Shown: one piece after another, positions 28,701 through 36,468 of the stretch
How the letters are laid out: every line of letters begins with the position of its first letter
How positions within the stretch are numbered: position 1 is the first letter of the stretch
Source: Steroidobacteraceae bacterium
GTDB taxonomy: Bacteria > Pseudomonadota > Gammaproteobacteria > Steroidobacterales > Steroidobacteraceae
Direction: 5' to 3'
DNA length: 64,000 nucleotides
Assembly: GCA_050012315.1 (NCBI GenBank)
Contig: JBEKHK010000008.1
Coordinates: 18,968-82,967 of the forward strand
Program-made: the position numbers and the translations under genes
Notes under the pieces: model-generated
The model's input: only the letters and a program-made list of their open reading frames with translations
Databases searched by the model: none
What the model was told of the DNA's origin: nothing

Positions 28701-28983
28701 CCCGCACGAACGACAGTCCGTAGAAGGAGGTCGAGCGGATGTTATCGATGCCGGGCGTCGAGTACAGTCCGATTTCCATCGGCGTCGTGTAGTACTTCTC
28801 CATCTCCTCGGCCGACAGGCCGGCGGCTTGCGCGGTGATCTCCAGAATGACCGGCGCGGGATTGGGGTACGCCTCGATGTTCAGCTTCGAATAGGCGGCG
28901 AGACCGGCCGCGATGAAGACGAACAAGCCCAGCAGGATGACGGCGCGACGGCTGAGCGCAAACGCGAGTATAGCCCTAATCAT
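25759..28983 (-). CDS. CusA/CzcA-family heavy-metal-efflux RND inner-membrane transporter
   Basis: 1074 aa. The N-terminus MIRAILAFALSRRAVILLGLFVFIAAGLAAYSKLNIEAYPNPAPVILEITAQ is typical of HME-RND pumps. It has the 12-TM/two-large-loop architecture and the conserved TM4 region (GAVDFGIIIDSAVILVENI). Confidence 0.9.
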   Translation of the reverse strand: MIRAILAFALSRRAVILLGLFVFIAAGLAAYSKLNIEAYPNPAPVILEITAQAAGLSAEEMEKYYTTPMEIGLYSTPGIDNIRSTSFYGLSFVRVTFKYGVEYHFAYTQAALSLQQNVQLPGNQIPQIQQSSLVGEVYRYQVVGPPHFGLTNLRTVQDWIALRRLSTVPGVAAVNSWGGTTKEFEVAADLNKLQAYNITMPQLLTALGNSNINVGGREITVGQQSVNIRGVGLVDDGGNDDLTQGYHVDDIQNVVLGQFNGVPVLVKDVARVYVGNVPRLGIAGRDHEDDIVASIVVMGRTQHTNDVVPRIRAAVAAMNTDGSLPPGVKLVPYYDRTTLVNVTTHTVLHNLIFGCLLVFLVQWIFLGDLRSAIIVGVNIPFALFFSIIILVLQGQDANLLSIGAVDFGIIIDSAVILVENIFRNLQSMPNLQAQMVEGLRQGTYGNDPSVGSDAHWTVRLRMIYVSALQVDKAILFSTAITIAAFGPLFTMQGVEGQIFGPMARTYGYALAGALIATFTVTPVLSSILLPERVKETETFLVRGLHRLYRPALDFALNRRGLVVGIGVAFLALVGIMIPFLGSEFLPALEEGNYWIRAAMPQTMSLDAGTEATRKMREILLKHPEIITVVSQHGRPDNGSDASPFSNVELFAPLKSYDEWPAGMTKDKLTAQLQAEFDAALPGVVFNFSQYIQDNVEEALSGVKGANSVKIIGPNLNVLEKYAGQILEEMQKVKGMEDLGIFHIVGQPNLNIKVDRVKAARYGLNTGDVNTVVQAAMAGAVASTVLESDRQFNLTVRLERQYRDSIDKIRAIPVAYQTAAGTTAYIPLSELADITLDSGASYIYHETTQRYIPIKFSVRGRDLGSTVAEAQRRIAQNVHLPTGYRIVWAGEFQDLQTAKKRLAVFVPMSLALILVLLYSLFNSVRDSLLALAGIPFAVAGGVLALFITGLPFSVSAAIGFISLMGVSVMNGILVLTYFNELHMQGMGAFDAMERAAEKRMRPMLMTALSACIGLVPAALSHGIGSQVQRPLATVVVGGMLLGPLMLLMVVPALQLVFLRKSHENGGARPLEPREA

Positions 28984-29026
28984 GAGATTTACTGTCTTGG
29001 GGTAGCCTCGTCGGCTTGCGCCGAGA

Positions 29027-30247
29027 TCAGGAGGCTCCGCCGTAGAGGATGTTGCTCAGAAAGATGGCGCCGTCGACCGCCACCCGCTCACCCGATTTCA
29101 AGCCGTCCAGAATCTGGTCATAGCCATCGCGCTGCTCACCGATCTTGACCGAACGGCGGGTGAAGCGATGCGGGTCGCTGCCCACCACCCAGACCGACAT
29201 CGTGCCGTCGCCTTCGCGCACCACCCCGTTCAGCGGTACCGCGGGCGCCAACGCGGGCGCTGCGGTGCGAATGACGAAGCTCGCGAACATGTTCGGCAGC
29301 AGCTCGTGCTTCGGGTCCTTGATCACGGAGCGCAGAGTGACGCGGCGCGAATTCGGATCGACCGTCGCACCAATAACCGTGATGGCTCCGCTGAATTCCC
29401 GCCCGGGGAAGGCCCCGACCGATACCGACACCTTTTGGCCGACCTTGAAGCTGGGAATCTCCGACTCGGGCACGTCGGCCAGCATCCAGACGGTCGACAG
29501 GTCGGCCACCGAATAGGGCGCCGGCGCGTTGCCCGGTTGCACGAGCAGTCCCGGCGCCGCATTGCGTGCGGTGATGCGGCCCGCAATCGGACTCTTGACG
29601 ACGAGCGCGGTCTCGACCTGGCGGGTCGCGACGATGTGATCGATCTCCGCCTCGCTCTTGCCGAAAATAGCGACGGCATGTCTCGCCGCGTGCAACGCAC
29701 CCTCCGCGCTCGCCTGATTGGCGACGGCGGTCTCGTAATCGTTCTGGTCGATGGCTTTGGACGCATAGAGCGTTCGCGCGCGCGTCAAGGCGCTGGACGT
29801 CTGATCCAATGCCGCCGCCGTGGAGATGAGGGTGGATTCGGCGGCGATGAAATCGGGACTTTCGAGCGTGAAGAGCACCTGGCTCTTCTTTACGTCATCG
29901 CCCACGTTCGGAAAGGCTCGAATGATGCGGCCCTGATACGGCGTGAAGACTTGGACGCTCATGTCCTCGTTGAAATCGATGTTGCCGACCGCTTGTTTCT
30001 CGATCGGAAACTCTCGCAGGGCAACTGCCGCCACGGCGATCGAATTGAGCTGCGAGTCCGACAAGGTGACCGTATCGGCCGACGCCTTGGCGGCCGGAGG
30101 CGCAGCTCCGCCCCCCGCGGCGGCCCACGCCACCTGCCCCCCCCATCCCGGGTGGACGAGCGGGACCACCGGCGCGAGAATCATAGCCATCATGAGCCGG
30201 GCTGACCGGCCGCAGGCGGGTCTCGGGCAGGGATTCGGGCGGGGCAT
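29027..30247 (-). CDS. Efflux RND periplasmic adaptor (membrane fusion protein)
   Basis: 406 aa with an N-terminal signal/anchor plus biotinyl-lipoyl-like, hairpin and beta-barrel regions (e.g. VKSPIAGRITARNAAPGLLVQPG). It sits immediately upstream of the RND pump on the same strand. The exact start is uncertain. Confidence 0.85.
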   Translation of the reverse strand: MPRPNPCPRPACGRSARLMMAMILAPVVPLVHPGWGGQVAWAAAGGGAAPPAAKASADTVTLSDSQLNSIAVAAVALREFPIEKQAVGNIDFNEDMSVQVFTPYQGRIIRAFPNVGDDVKKSQVLFTLESPDFIAAESTLISTAAALDQTSSALTRARTLYASKAIDQNDYETAVANQASAEGALHAARHAVAIFGKSEAEIDHIVATRQVETALVVKSPIAGRITARNAAPGLLVQPGNAPAPYSVADLSTVWMLADVPESEIPSFKVGQKVSVSVGAFPGREFSGAITVIGATVDPNSRRVTLRSVIKDPKHELLPNMFASFVIRTAAPALAPAVPLNGVVREGDGTMSVWVVGSDPHRFTRRSVKIGEQRDGYDQILDGLKSGERVAVDGAIFLSNILYGGAS

Positions 30248-30304
30248 GCGGAACCTCGTTCATCGTAACTCGCGGATGATGTCCGCGCCTGCGAAGCCTG
30301 GTCT

Positions 30305-30335
30305 ACTGTGACTATTCACTGTTAGCATTCACAGT
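30305..30335. promoter_or_regulatory. Heptamer inverted repeat ACTGTGA-N17-TCACAGT with a third near-copy (TCACTGT) in the spacer, a candidate operator in the divergent RND/OMF promoter region
   Basis: Read directly at 30305-30311, 30316-30322 and 30329-30335. It lies 58 nt upstream of the adaptor ATG in the 196-nt divergent intergenic region. The binding protein is unknown. Confidence 0.3.
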
Positions 30336-30443
30336 TCAACCGGAGCGACGAGTTGGCTCAGAATGAAGCAACTCGTATCAAAATTCCGTAAAATTTCCCA
30401 ACTCGGGCCGATCGTGCCGCTCATTACGATAAGCTCACCGCGA

Positions 30444-31973
30444 ATGAACCAGAGATTTCATCGCTGCATGGCTTCTACGCTGCTCGCGGTGGCCGCGGTG
30501 GCCGGCTGCGCCGTGGGACCGAACTTTCACGCGCCGAAAGCGCCCGCCGATGCCGGGTACACCAGCGAGCCGCTCCCCCCGACGACGGCCTCGACGGGCG
30601 GCAGCGGCGGCGACCCTCAGACCTTCGTGTCGGGACAGGACGTCTCGTACAAATGGTGGGAGGCCTTCGGATCTGCGGCCATCGATTCGCTGGTGGAGAA
30701 ATCGTTTCGCGCCAATCCGACCGTCAAGGCCGCGCAGGCGGCCCTCAAGCAAGCGCAGGAAATGGTCTATGCGCAACAGGGCTATTTCTTTCCGAGCGTC
30801 GGCGTCGACTACGGTTTCTCGCGTCAGCAGATAGCCGGCAATCTGGGCGGCAACGATCCCGGGCCGCAAGGCAACGGGACCGACATCACGGCCAGGGCCC
30901 CCGCCGCTCCCGTCATCTACAATATGCATACCGCGGAAGTGACCGTGGGCTTTACGCCGGATGTGTTCGGCGGCAACCGCCGCAAAGTGGAGTCGCTGGA
31001 CGCGCAGGCCAGGATGCAGCGCTACGAGCTCGAGGCGACCTACATCAGTCTCGCCTCCAACGTCGTCGCTGCCGCGATTCAGGAGGCCTCTACGCGGGCG
31101 CAGATCAAGGCGACCGAACAGATCATCGCGCACAACGAGAAGTCGCTGGCGATCGTACGCAACAAGTTCAATTCGGGCTTTGCGACCCGGGTCGACCTGG
31201 CCGCTCAGGAGTTGCAATTGGCGCAGGCCAAGGCGCTGCTCCCGCCGCTTCGAAAGCAGTTCGAGCAGAACCGGGACTTGATTCGAGCGCTGGTGGGCAA
31301 TCTGCCGAACCAGGATGTCGCAGAGACGTTCGAACTCAAGTCGTTGACGCTGCCCCCGCAGCTTCCATTGAGCCTGCCCTCCAAAATCATCGAGCAACGG
31401 CCCGACATACGCGCGGCGGAGGAAAACCTGCACGCCGCGAACGCCAATGTCGGCGTCGCCGTCGCGGCAATGCTTCCGCAGTTCTCGATTACCGGCGTTG
31501 CCGGAGGCGAGGCCACGCAGTTTTCCCAGATGTTCAGCTCCGGCGGTCCCTTCTGGAGTCTGATCGGAGACGTCGCCCAGCCTCTGTTCGACGGCGGCAC
31601 GCTGCTGCACGAGAAGCGCGCCGCCAATCAAGCGCTGCGCCAGGCTGCGGCTCAATATCAGAGCACGGTGCTGCAGGCTTACCAGAACGTCGCCGATACG
31701 CTGCACGCCATCGTCAGTGATGCCGACGCGTTGACCGCGGCGGTGGATGCCGAGGAGGCCGCCAAAGTGGCTTTGGATCTGGCGCATCAACGCATGCAAA
31801 GCGGTTACGGCGATTATCTGTCGGAGCTCACGGCCGGGATGGTGTACGCCCAGGCGGTGCTCAGCGAGGTGCAAGCCCGCGCAACCCGGCTCGGCGATAC
31901 GGCGGCGCTGTATCAGGCGCTCGGGGGTGGATGGTGGAACCGCGGCGGCGCAGTCCCCGTTGCGGCGAACTGA
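30444..31973 (+). CDS. RND efflux outer-membrane factor lipoprotein (NodT/OprM family)
   Basis: Start moved to ATG 30444 (MNQRFHRCMASTLLAVAAVAGCAVGPNF, signal plus lipobox). It has two OEP repeats and a C-terminal ALGGGW motif (LYQALGGGWWN) typical of the family. Confidence 0.85.
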   Translation: MNQRFHRCMASTLLAVAAVAGCAVGPNFHAPKAPADAGYTSEPLPPTTASTGGSGGDPQTFVSGQDVSYKWWEAFGSAAIDSLVEKSFRANPTVKAAQAALKQAQEMVYAQQGYFFPSVGVDYGFSRQQIAGNLGGNDPGPQGNGTDITARAPAAPVIYNMHTAEVTVGFTPDVFGGNRRKVESLDAQARMQRYELEATYISLASNVVAAAIQEASTRAQIKATEQIIAHNEKSLAIVRNKFNSGFATRVDLAAQELQLAQAKALLPPLRKQFEQNRDLIRALVGNLPNQDVAETFELKSLTLPPQLPLSLPSKIIEQRPDIRAAEENLHAANANVGVAVAAMLPQFSITGVAGGEATQFSQMFSSGGPFWSLIGDVAQPLFDGGTLLHEKRAANQALRQAAAQYQSTVLQAYQNVADTLHAIVSDADALTAAVDAEEAAKVALDLAHQRMQSGYGDYLSELTAGMVYAQAVLSEVQARATRLGDTAALYQALGGGWWNRGGAVPVAAN

Positions 31974-31991
31974 GCTCAGTCGGCGCCAACG

Positions 31992-32588
31992 ATGAGCAAA
32001 CGGATCCTGTGCATCGAAGATGACGCGGAAACGGCGGAATTGATCGCCGAAGACCTCCAAGAGCGGGGCTATATCGTCAGCACCGCCGCCGATGGGCACA
32101 GCGGCCTGAGCGCGATTCTCAAGACGGATCCCGACCTGGTGCTGTGCGACATCAACATGCCGGGCATGACCGGTTTCGAAGTAATGGAACAACTGATCGC
32201 TCTCGCGCCCAACTTGGAATCGGTGCCGTTCATTTTTCTCACCGCGCGAACGGATCGCGACAGCGAACTCACAGGGCGGCGGCTCGGTGCCGATGATTAC
32301 GTGACCAAACCGGTCGATTTCGAGATTCTCGCGTCGATCATCGACGCGCGATTGGGAAAATCCGCGCGCAACGAAGTATGGTCGCGCCATGTCGCGTTGA
32401 ATGAGCGCGAGCTCGAATGCCTCACGTGGTCCGCACGCGGCAAAACCTCGCCGGAAATCGCGCAAATCATCAACATCAGCAAGCGCACGGTGAATTTCCA
32501 TATCGAGAACGCCTGCCGCAAGCTGAATGTGTCGACGCGCACCGAAGCGGTGGTGAAGGCCACCTCGGGACATCTCATCGACCCCTGA
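31992..32588 (+). CDS. Two-component response regulator, REC + LuxR/FixJ-type HTH
   Basis: 198 aa. Receiver motifs (ILCIEDD, DLVLCDINMPGMTG, VTKP) and a LuxR HTH (LNERELECLTWSARGKTSPEIAQIINISKRTVNFHIENACRKLNV). Confidence 0.9.
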   Translation: MSKRILCIEDDAETAELIAEDLQERGYIVSTAADGHSGLSAILKTDPDLVLCDINMPGMTGFEVMEQLIALAPNLESVPFIFLTARTDRDSELTGRRLGADDYVTKPVDFEILASIIDARLGKSARNEVWSRHVALNERELECLTWSARGKTSPEIAQIINISKRTVNFHIENACRKLNVSTRTEAVVKATSGHLIDP

Positions 32589-32596
32589 GGAGAGCG

Positions 32597-34270
32597 ATGG
32601 ACTCCGCCGCCGACCATCCCGCAGTCACGATCGCGCCTCCTCGCGATACGATAGGGACGCTGTGGCGGCGGTCGCGGCAATGGCTCGCGTCCCATTCGAT
32701 CCGCGTACGCCTTTATTCGGTCATCGCATTGCTGTTTCTGTCGATCATGGGACTCGGAGCGTTCGGCTTTGCGCGCCTCAGCGACGTGAATCACGCCTCC
32801 GAGGTGATTCGCAATCATTGGCTGCGCGATACCGGGATCTTGGGAGATTTGTCCAATTACATGTCCGATTACCGGGCCGCGGAGGCGAATCTGCTTCTCT
32901 CGTCGACGCCGGCGGAGTTGGCCGCGAGCGCCAAGGAGATCGCATCGCTTCGCGACACCGTCGCGGCGAGCCAGCGTGCATACGAGAAGATCTCGCAGGA
33001 GCCCCCGGAGGCCGCCCTATACGCGCAGTTCTCCGCGCAATGGTCGGCCTATCAGGCTGTTGCCGACCAGGTGATCGAGCTCGCGCGCGCCGGCGATACC
33101 GCGCGGGCGGTGGCGACTTACAACACGAGATCGCGGCGCCCATTCGATCTATCCAGCGACATACTGAGCCGTCTGACCGAGCAGACGGTGGTCAAGGCGC
33201 GCCGCGACAGCGAGCGCGCAGACTCGACCTACTCGCGTGCGCGCACCATGATCGTAACGGCCATGCTGCTGGCGGCGTTCCTGCTCGTGGGGGTCGTCGC
33301 CTACATCGCGCGGGGTATCCTCGCCCCCCTGGTGAAGCTCGCCGCGTGCATGCGCAGCCTTGCCCATCACGACACCGAAATCGCGATTCCGAGCGCGCAG
33401 CGCGCCGATGAAATAGGCGAAATGGCGCGCGCGGTGTCGGTGTTCCGGGACAACGCGGTCGCTCTTGCCACGAGCCAGCGGCGATTGCTCGAACAGGCGG
33501 CGGCATTGGAGGCGGGCTTGGAGAATGAGCGGCAGCTGACCGCGCAACAGCGCGATTTCGTGTCGATGACTTCGCATGAATTTCGGACTCCGCTCACCAT
33601 CATCGACGGTCATGCGCAACGGCTGATCAAGATGCAGGACCGTCTCGATGCGGAGGATGCGGCGGAGAGGGGCACCCGCATCCGCAGCGCCGTACAGCGA
33701 ATCACCAACATCATGGACAGCTTGCTCGGCGCCTCGCGCCTCCTCGACGGACGGGCTGCCTTTCACCCCTGCGATCTCGATCCCGGCGCGCTGCTGCGCG
33801 ACGCCTGCCAGGCGCATCGAGATGCGAACCGCTGCGCCATCGTCGTCGAGGACTTTGCATCCTTGCCGGCGATCATCTTCGGCGATCCGAATCTCCTGTT
33901 CCATGCGTTCAGCAATTTGATCTCCAACGCGATCAAGTACTCCCCCGCCACGAGCCCGACCGAAGTCAAGGCGCGGGAAGAATCGGGCTGGCTGGTAGTG
34001 CACGTGCGCGACCATGGCATCGGCATCCCGGCGCGAGACCGGGAACGGCTTTTCGAGCGTTATTTTCGCGGCAGCAATGCCACCGGCGTCGCCGGCACGG
34101 GCGTCGGCCTGCATCTGGTGTCCATGGTCGTGGCCTTGCATGAGGGCGAGGTTTTCGTGGAGAGTCTCGAGGGGGTGGGGTCCAGATTCGTGGTGAGGCT
34201 CCCGATCCCGCGAAGGTCGCCCGATGAGCCTGCGGCATCCTCGCAGGAGTACCGATGCGCGGGTCGCTGA
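32597..34270 (+). CDS. Sensor histidine kinase (4-helix-bundle MCP-like periplasmic domain, HAMP, HisKA, HATPase_c)
   Basis: Start moved to ATG 32597. There are two TM helices flanking a helical sensor domain, an H-box SHEFRTPLT, an N-box NLISNAIKYS, G1 DHGIGI and G2 GTGVGLHLV. Confidence 0.85.
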   Translation: MDSAADHPAVTIAPPRDTIGTLWRRSRQWLASHSIRVRLYSVIALLFLSIMGLGAFGFARLSDVNHASEVIRNHWLRDTGILGDLSNYMSDYRAAEANLLLSSTPAELAASAKEIASLRDTVAASQRAYEKISQEPPEAALYAQFSAQWSAYQAVADQVIELARAGDTARAVATYNTRSRRPFDLSSDILSRLTEQTVVKARRDSERADSTYSRARTMIVTAMLLAAFLLVGVVAYIARGILAPLVKLAACMRSLAHHDTEIAIPSAQRADEIGEMARAVSVFRDNAVALATSQRRLLEQAAALEAGLENERQLTAQQRDFVSMTSHEFRTPLTIIDGHAQRLIKMQDRLDAEDAAERGTRIRSAVQRITNIMDSLLGASRLLDGRAAFHPCDLDPGALLRDACQAHRDANRCAIVVEDFASLPAIIFGDPNLLFHAFSNLISNAIKYSPATSPTEVKAREESGWLVVHVRDHGIGIPARDRERLFERYFRGSNATGVAGTGVGLHLVSMVVALHEGEVFVESLEGVGSRFVVRLPIPRRSPDEPAASSQEYRCAGR

Positions 34271-35598
34271 AGTTCACCGCCGTGTCCGTCTGGGCTCTGG
34301 TGCAGACGCTGGGCCCCATTCTTTTGCTGGCGGTACTCGCCATCTGGGGGGCGCTGCATTTCGTGCGGGCGGCTCCGCCGCACACCATCACGATCAGCAC
34401 CGGGCCGGCCGGCAGTGCGTTCGAGACGGTCGCCGAACGCTACGCCAAAATCCTGGCGCGCAGCGGCATCACGCTCAAGGTGGTCGAATCGGCCGGTTCG
34501 ATGGAGAATCTGGCCCGCTTGTCGGATCGCAAATCGCGCGTGGACATCGCGCTGGTCCAGGCCGGTTTGTCGCAGGACGACCAAGCCGCCGACCTGGTAT
34601 CGCTCGGAGCGATGTTCTACCAGCCCGTCACGATATTCTATCGAAGCCCGAAGCCGCTCATGCGGCTATCCGACTTCCGCTCGCAGCGTATCGCCATTGG
34701 CCCGGAGGGAAGCGGGACCCGATATCTGGCGCTGGCTCTGCTGAAGGCCAATGAGATCGATCCTGCGGGTCCGACACGCCTGTTGCCCCTGGAAGGCGAT
34801 GCCGCCCGAGAGGCGCTGCTCCGGGGGCGGGCGGACGCGATTTTTCTGACCGGTGACTCGGCTTCACCGATCACCATCCGAGAAATGCTCCACGCCGAGG
34901 GGATTCAATTGTTCGGCTTTCCCCAGGCGGACGCCTATGTGCGCCGCTTCCCGTACTTGAACAAGCTGGTCGTGCCGCCGGGGGCATTCGATCTCGGCGA
35001 GAATCTTCCGCCCGCCGAGGTCAACCTGCTCGCTCCGGCCGTCGAGTTGGTCGCCCATTCCGATCTGCATCCGGCGCTCGTCGATCTGCTGGTCGACGCG
35101 GCCGTCCAGGTGCATGGGCGCGCCACGCTCCTGCAATCGGCGGGTCAATTTCCGAATCCCGCGATGCACTCGTTGCCGCTCGACCCGGAAGCCGCGCGCT
35201 ATTACAAATCCGGCGACAGGAGCTTTACGTACCGATATTTGCCGTTCTGGCTGGCGAGTCTGGTCAATCGCGCCGTCGTGGTTCTCGTGCCGATATTCGT
35301 GTTGCTCGTGCCGGGGCTCCGGTATCTGCCGCAGCTGTATCGCTGGCGCATCGACAGCCGCATTCACCATCGCTACGGGGAACTGATGGCGATCGAAAGG
35401 GAGGCTCTGGGGAGTCTCAGCGGGGAACGCAGAGCCGTTCTGCTCGAACGCCTGCGGGCGGTGGAAAGATCCGTCATCTCCGGCAAGATGCCGGCCTCGC
35501 ACGCAGAGCAACTGTATTTGCTGCGTCAGCATATGGCGTTCGTGCGCGAAAGCCTGTCCCGATCGCCGACCGTCGAGGATCAAGGATTGGCGTCCTAA
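34255..35598 (+). CDS. TAXI-family (TRAP-associated) solute-binding-protein-like domain flanked by N- and C-terminal TM helices, with a cytoplasmic coiled tail
   Basis: 447 aa. N-terminal TM; TISTGPAGSAFETVAERYAKILARSGITLKVVESAGSMENLARL and RIAIGPEGSGTRYLA resemble TAXI/NMT1-like binding proteins. There is a second TM (LASLVNRAVVVLVPIFVLLVPGL). The start overlaps the kinase stop by 16 nt. Confidence 0.65.
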   Translation: MRGSLKFTAVSVWALVQTLGPILLLAVLAIWGALHFVRAAPPHTITISTGPAGSAFETVAERYAKILARSGITLKVVESAGSMENLARLSDRKSRVDIALVQAGLSQDDQAADLVSLGAMFYQPVTIFYRSPKPLMRLSDFRSQRIAIGPEGSGTRYLALALLKANEIDPAGPTRLLPLEGDAAREALLRGRADAIFLTGDSASPITIREMLHAEGIQLFGFPQADAYVRRFPYLNKLVVPPGAFDLGENLPPAEVNLLAPAVELVAHSDLHPALVDLLVDAAVQVHGRATLLQSAGQFPNPAMHSLPLDPEAARYYKSGDRSFTYRYLPFWLASLVNRAVVVLVPIFVLLVPGLRYLPQLYRWRIDSRIHHRYGELMAIEREALGSLSGERRAVLLERLRAVERSVISGKMPASHAEQLYLLRQHMAFVRESLSRSPTVEDQGLAS

Positions 35599-35698
35599 GC
35601 GCCGCATCGGCCCAATTGGCGGGCGGCTGAAATAAGCGGGGGTGTGCCACGGTCCACTGCTGGCAACCTCCGTCCTTCCCTCAAACCCGGGGACCTTG

Positions 35699-36436
35699 AT
35701 GAATCCGCCATCCATTCGGCGCATCGCCCTGCCGGCCTTCGGTTCTTTGCTTCTCGCCCTGAGCTCTGGCGGCAATGCACAAGAGCCGGCGCCCCCCGGG
35801 GCGCGCCCGACCGTGGTCGAGCTCTTTACTTCGCAGGGATGCAGCTCCTGCCCGCCCGCCGACGAACTCCTCGGCGAGCTTGCAGGCCGGTCGAATGTCA
35901 TCGCGCTCGGCTTTCACGTCGATTATTGGGACGACATCGGTTGGCGTGACCGGTATTCGATGGCCGAGGCGACTCGGCGTCAGCGCGACTACGTCGATGC
36001 GCTCGGCCTGTCGTCGGCCTTTACACCGCAAATCGTCATCGACGGACGCGAAAGCTTCGTGGGCTCGGACAGGCATCGTATCGAGGCGGCCCTCTCGCGA
36101 CCACGGGAGCACGTGCCCGTCGAGGTCCATATCGCGAACGGCGAAATGATCGTGTCGTTATCCGAGCTGAATGACCACCGGAGCTATGACATCGAGGCGG
36201 CCGCCTATTTGCCGCGGGCAACGACGCCGATCGGGCGGGGCGAGAATTCGGGACGAACGCTCACGGATTTCGACATCGTCAGGCAATTTCGGCGGCTTGG
36301 GGTGTGGGAAGGGAAAAGCGCCACCTTTCGGATCCGCCTCGATACATTCCCGGGCGAAGCCGATCGAGTGGCGGTACTGGTTCAACAGAGCGGCCACGGA
36401 CCGATCGTGGGAGCTGCCTCCACGAGTTTGCGCTGA
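35699..36436 (+). CDS. DUF1223-domain secreted protein (thioredoxin-like CxxC)
   Basis: Internal ATG of ORF 35642..36436. A signal peptide is followed by VVELFTSQGCSSCPPADELLGEL, then GFHVDYWDDIGWRD, the pattern I associate with DUF1223. Confidence 0.75.
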   Translation: MNPPSIRRIALPAFGSLLLALSSGGNAQEPAPPGARPTVVELFTSQGCSSCPPADELLGELAGRSNVIALGFHVDYWDDIGWRDRYSMAEATRRQRDYVDALGLSSAFTPQIVIDGRESFVGSDRHRIEAALSRPREHVPVEVHIANGEMIVSLSELNDHRSYDIEAAAYLPRATTPIGRGENSGRTLTDFDIVRQFRRLGVWEGKSATFRIRLDTFPGEADRVAVLVQQSGHGPIVGAASTSLR

Positions 36437-36468
36437 ACTCATCCTTCGGGACGACCTCGACGATGGCG

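Noticed and set aside
25741-29148. Plus-strand ORFs 25741..27039 and 27577..29148 antisense to the RND pump
   Set aside because: The minus-strand 1074-aa RND transporter explains the region. The antisense products are His/Arg/Asp-rich nonsense.
30435-32573. 712-aa minus-strand ORF covering the OMF and response-regulator genes
   Set aside because: It crosses an intergenic gap and two recognisable plus-strand genes, and its composition is Arg/Gly/Leu-rich with no motif.
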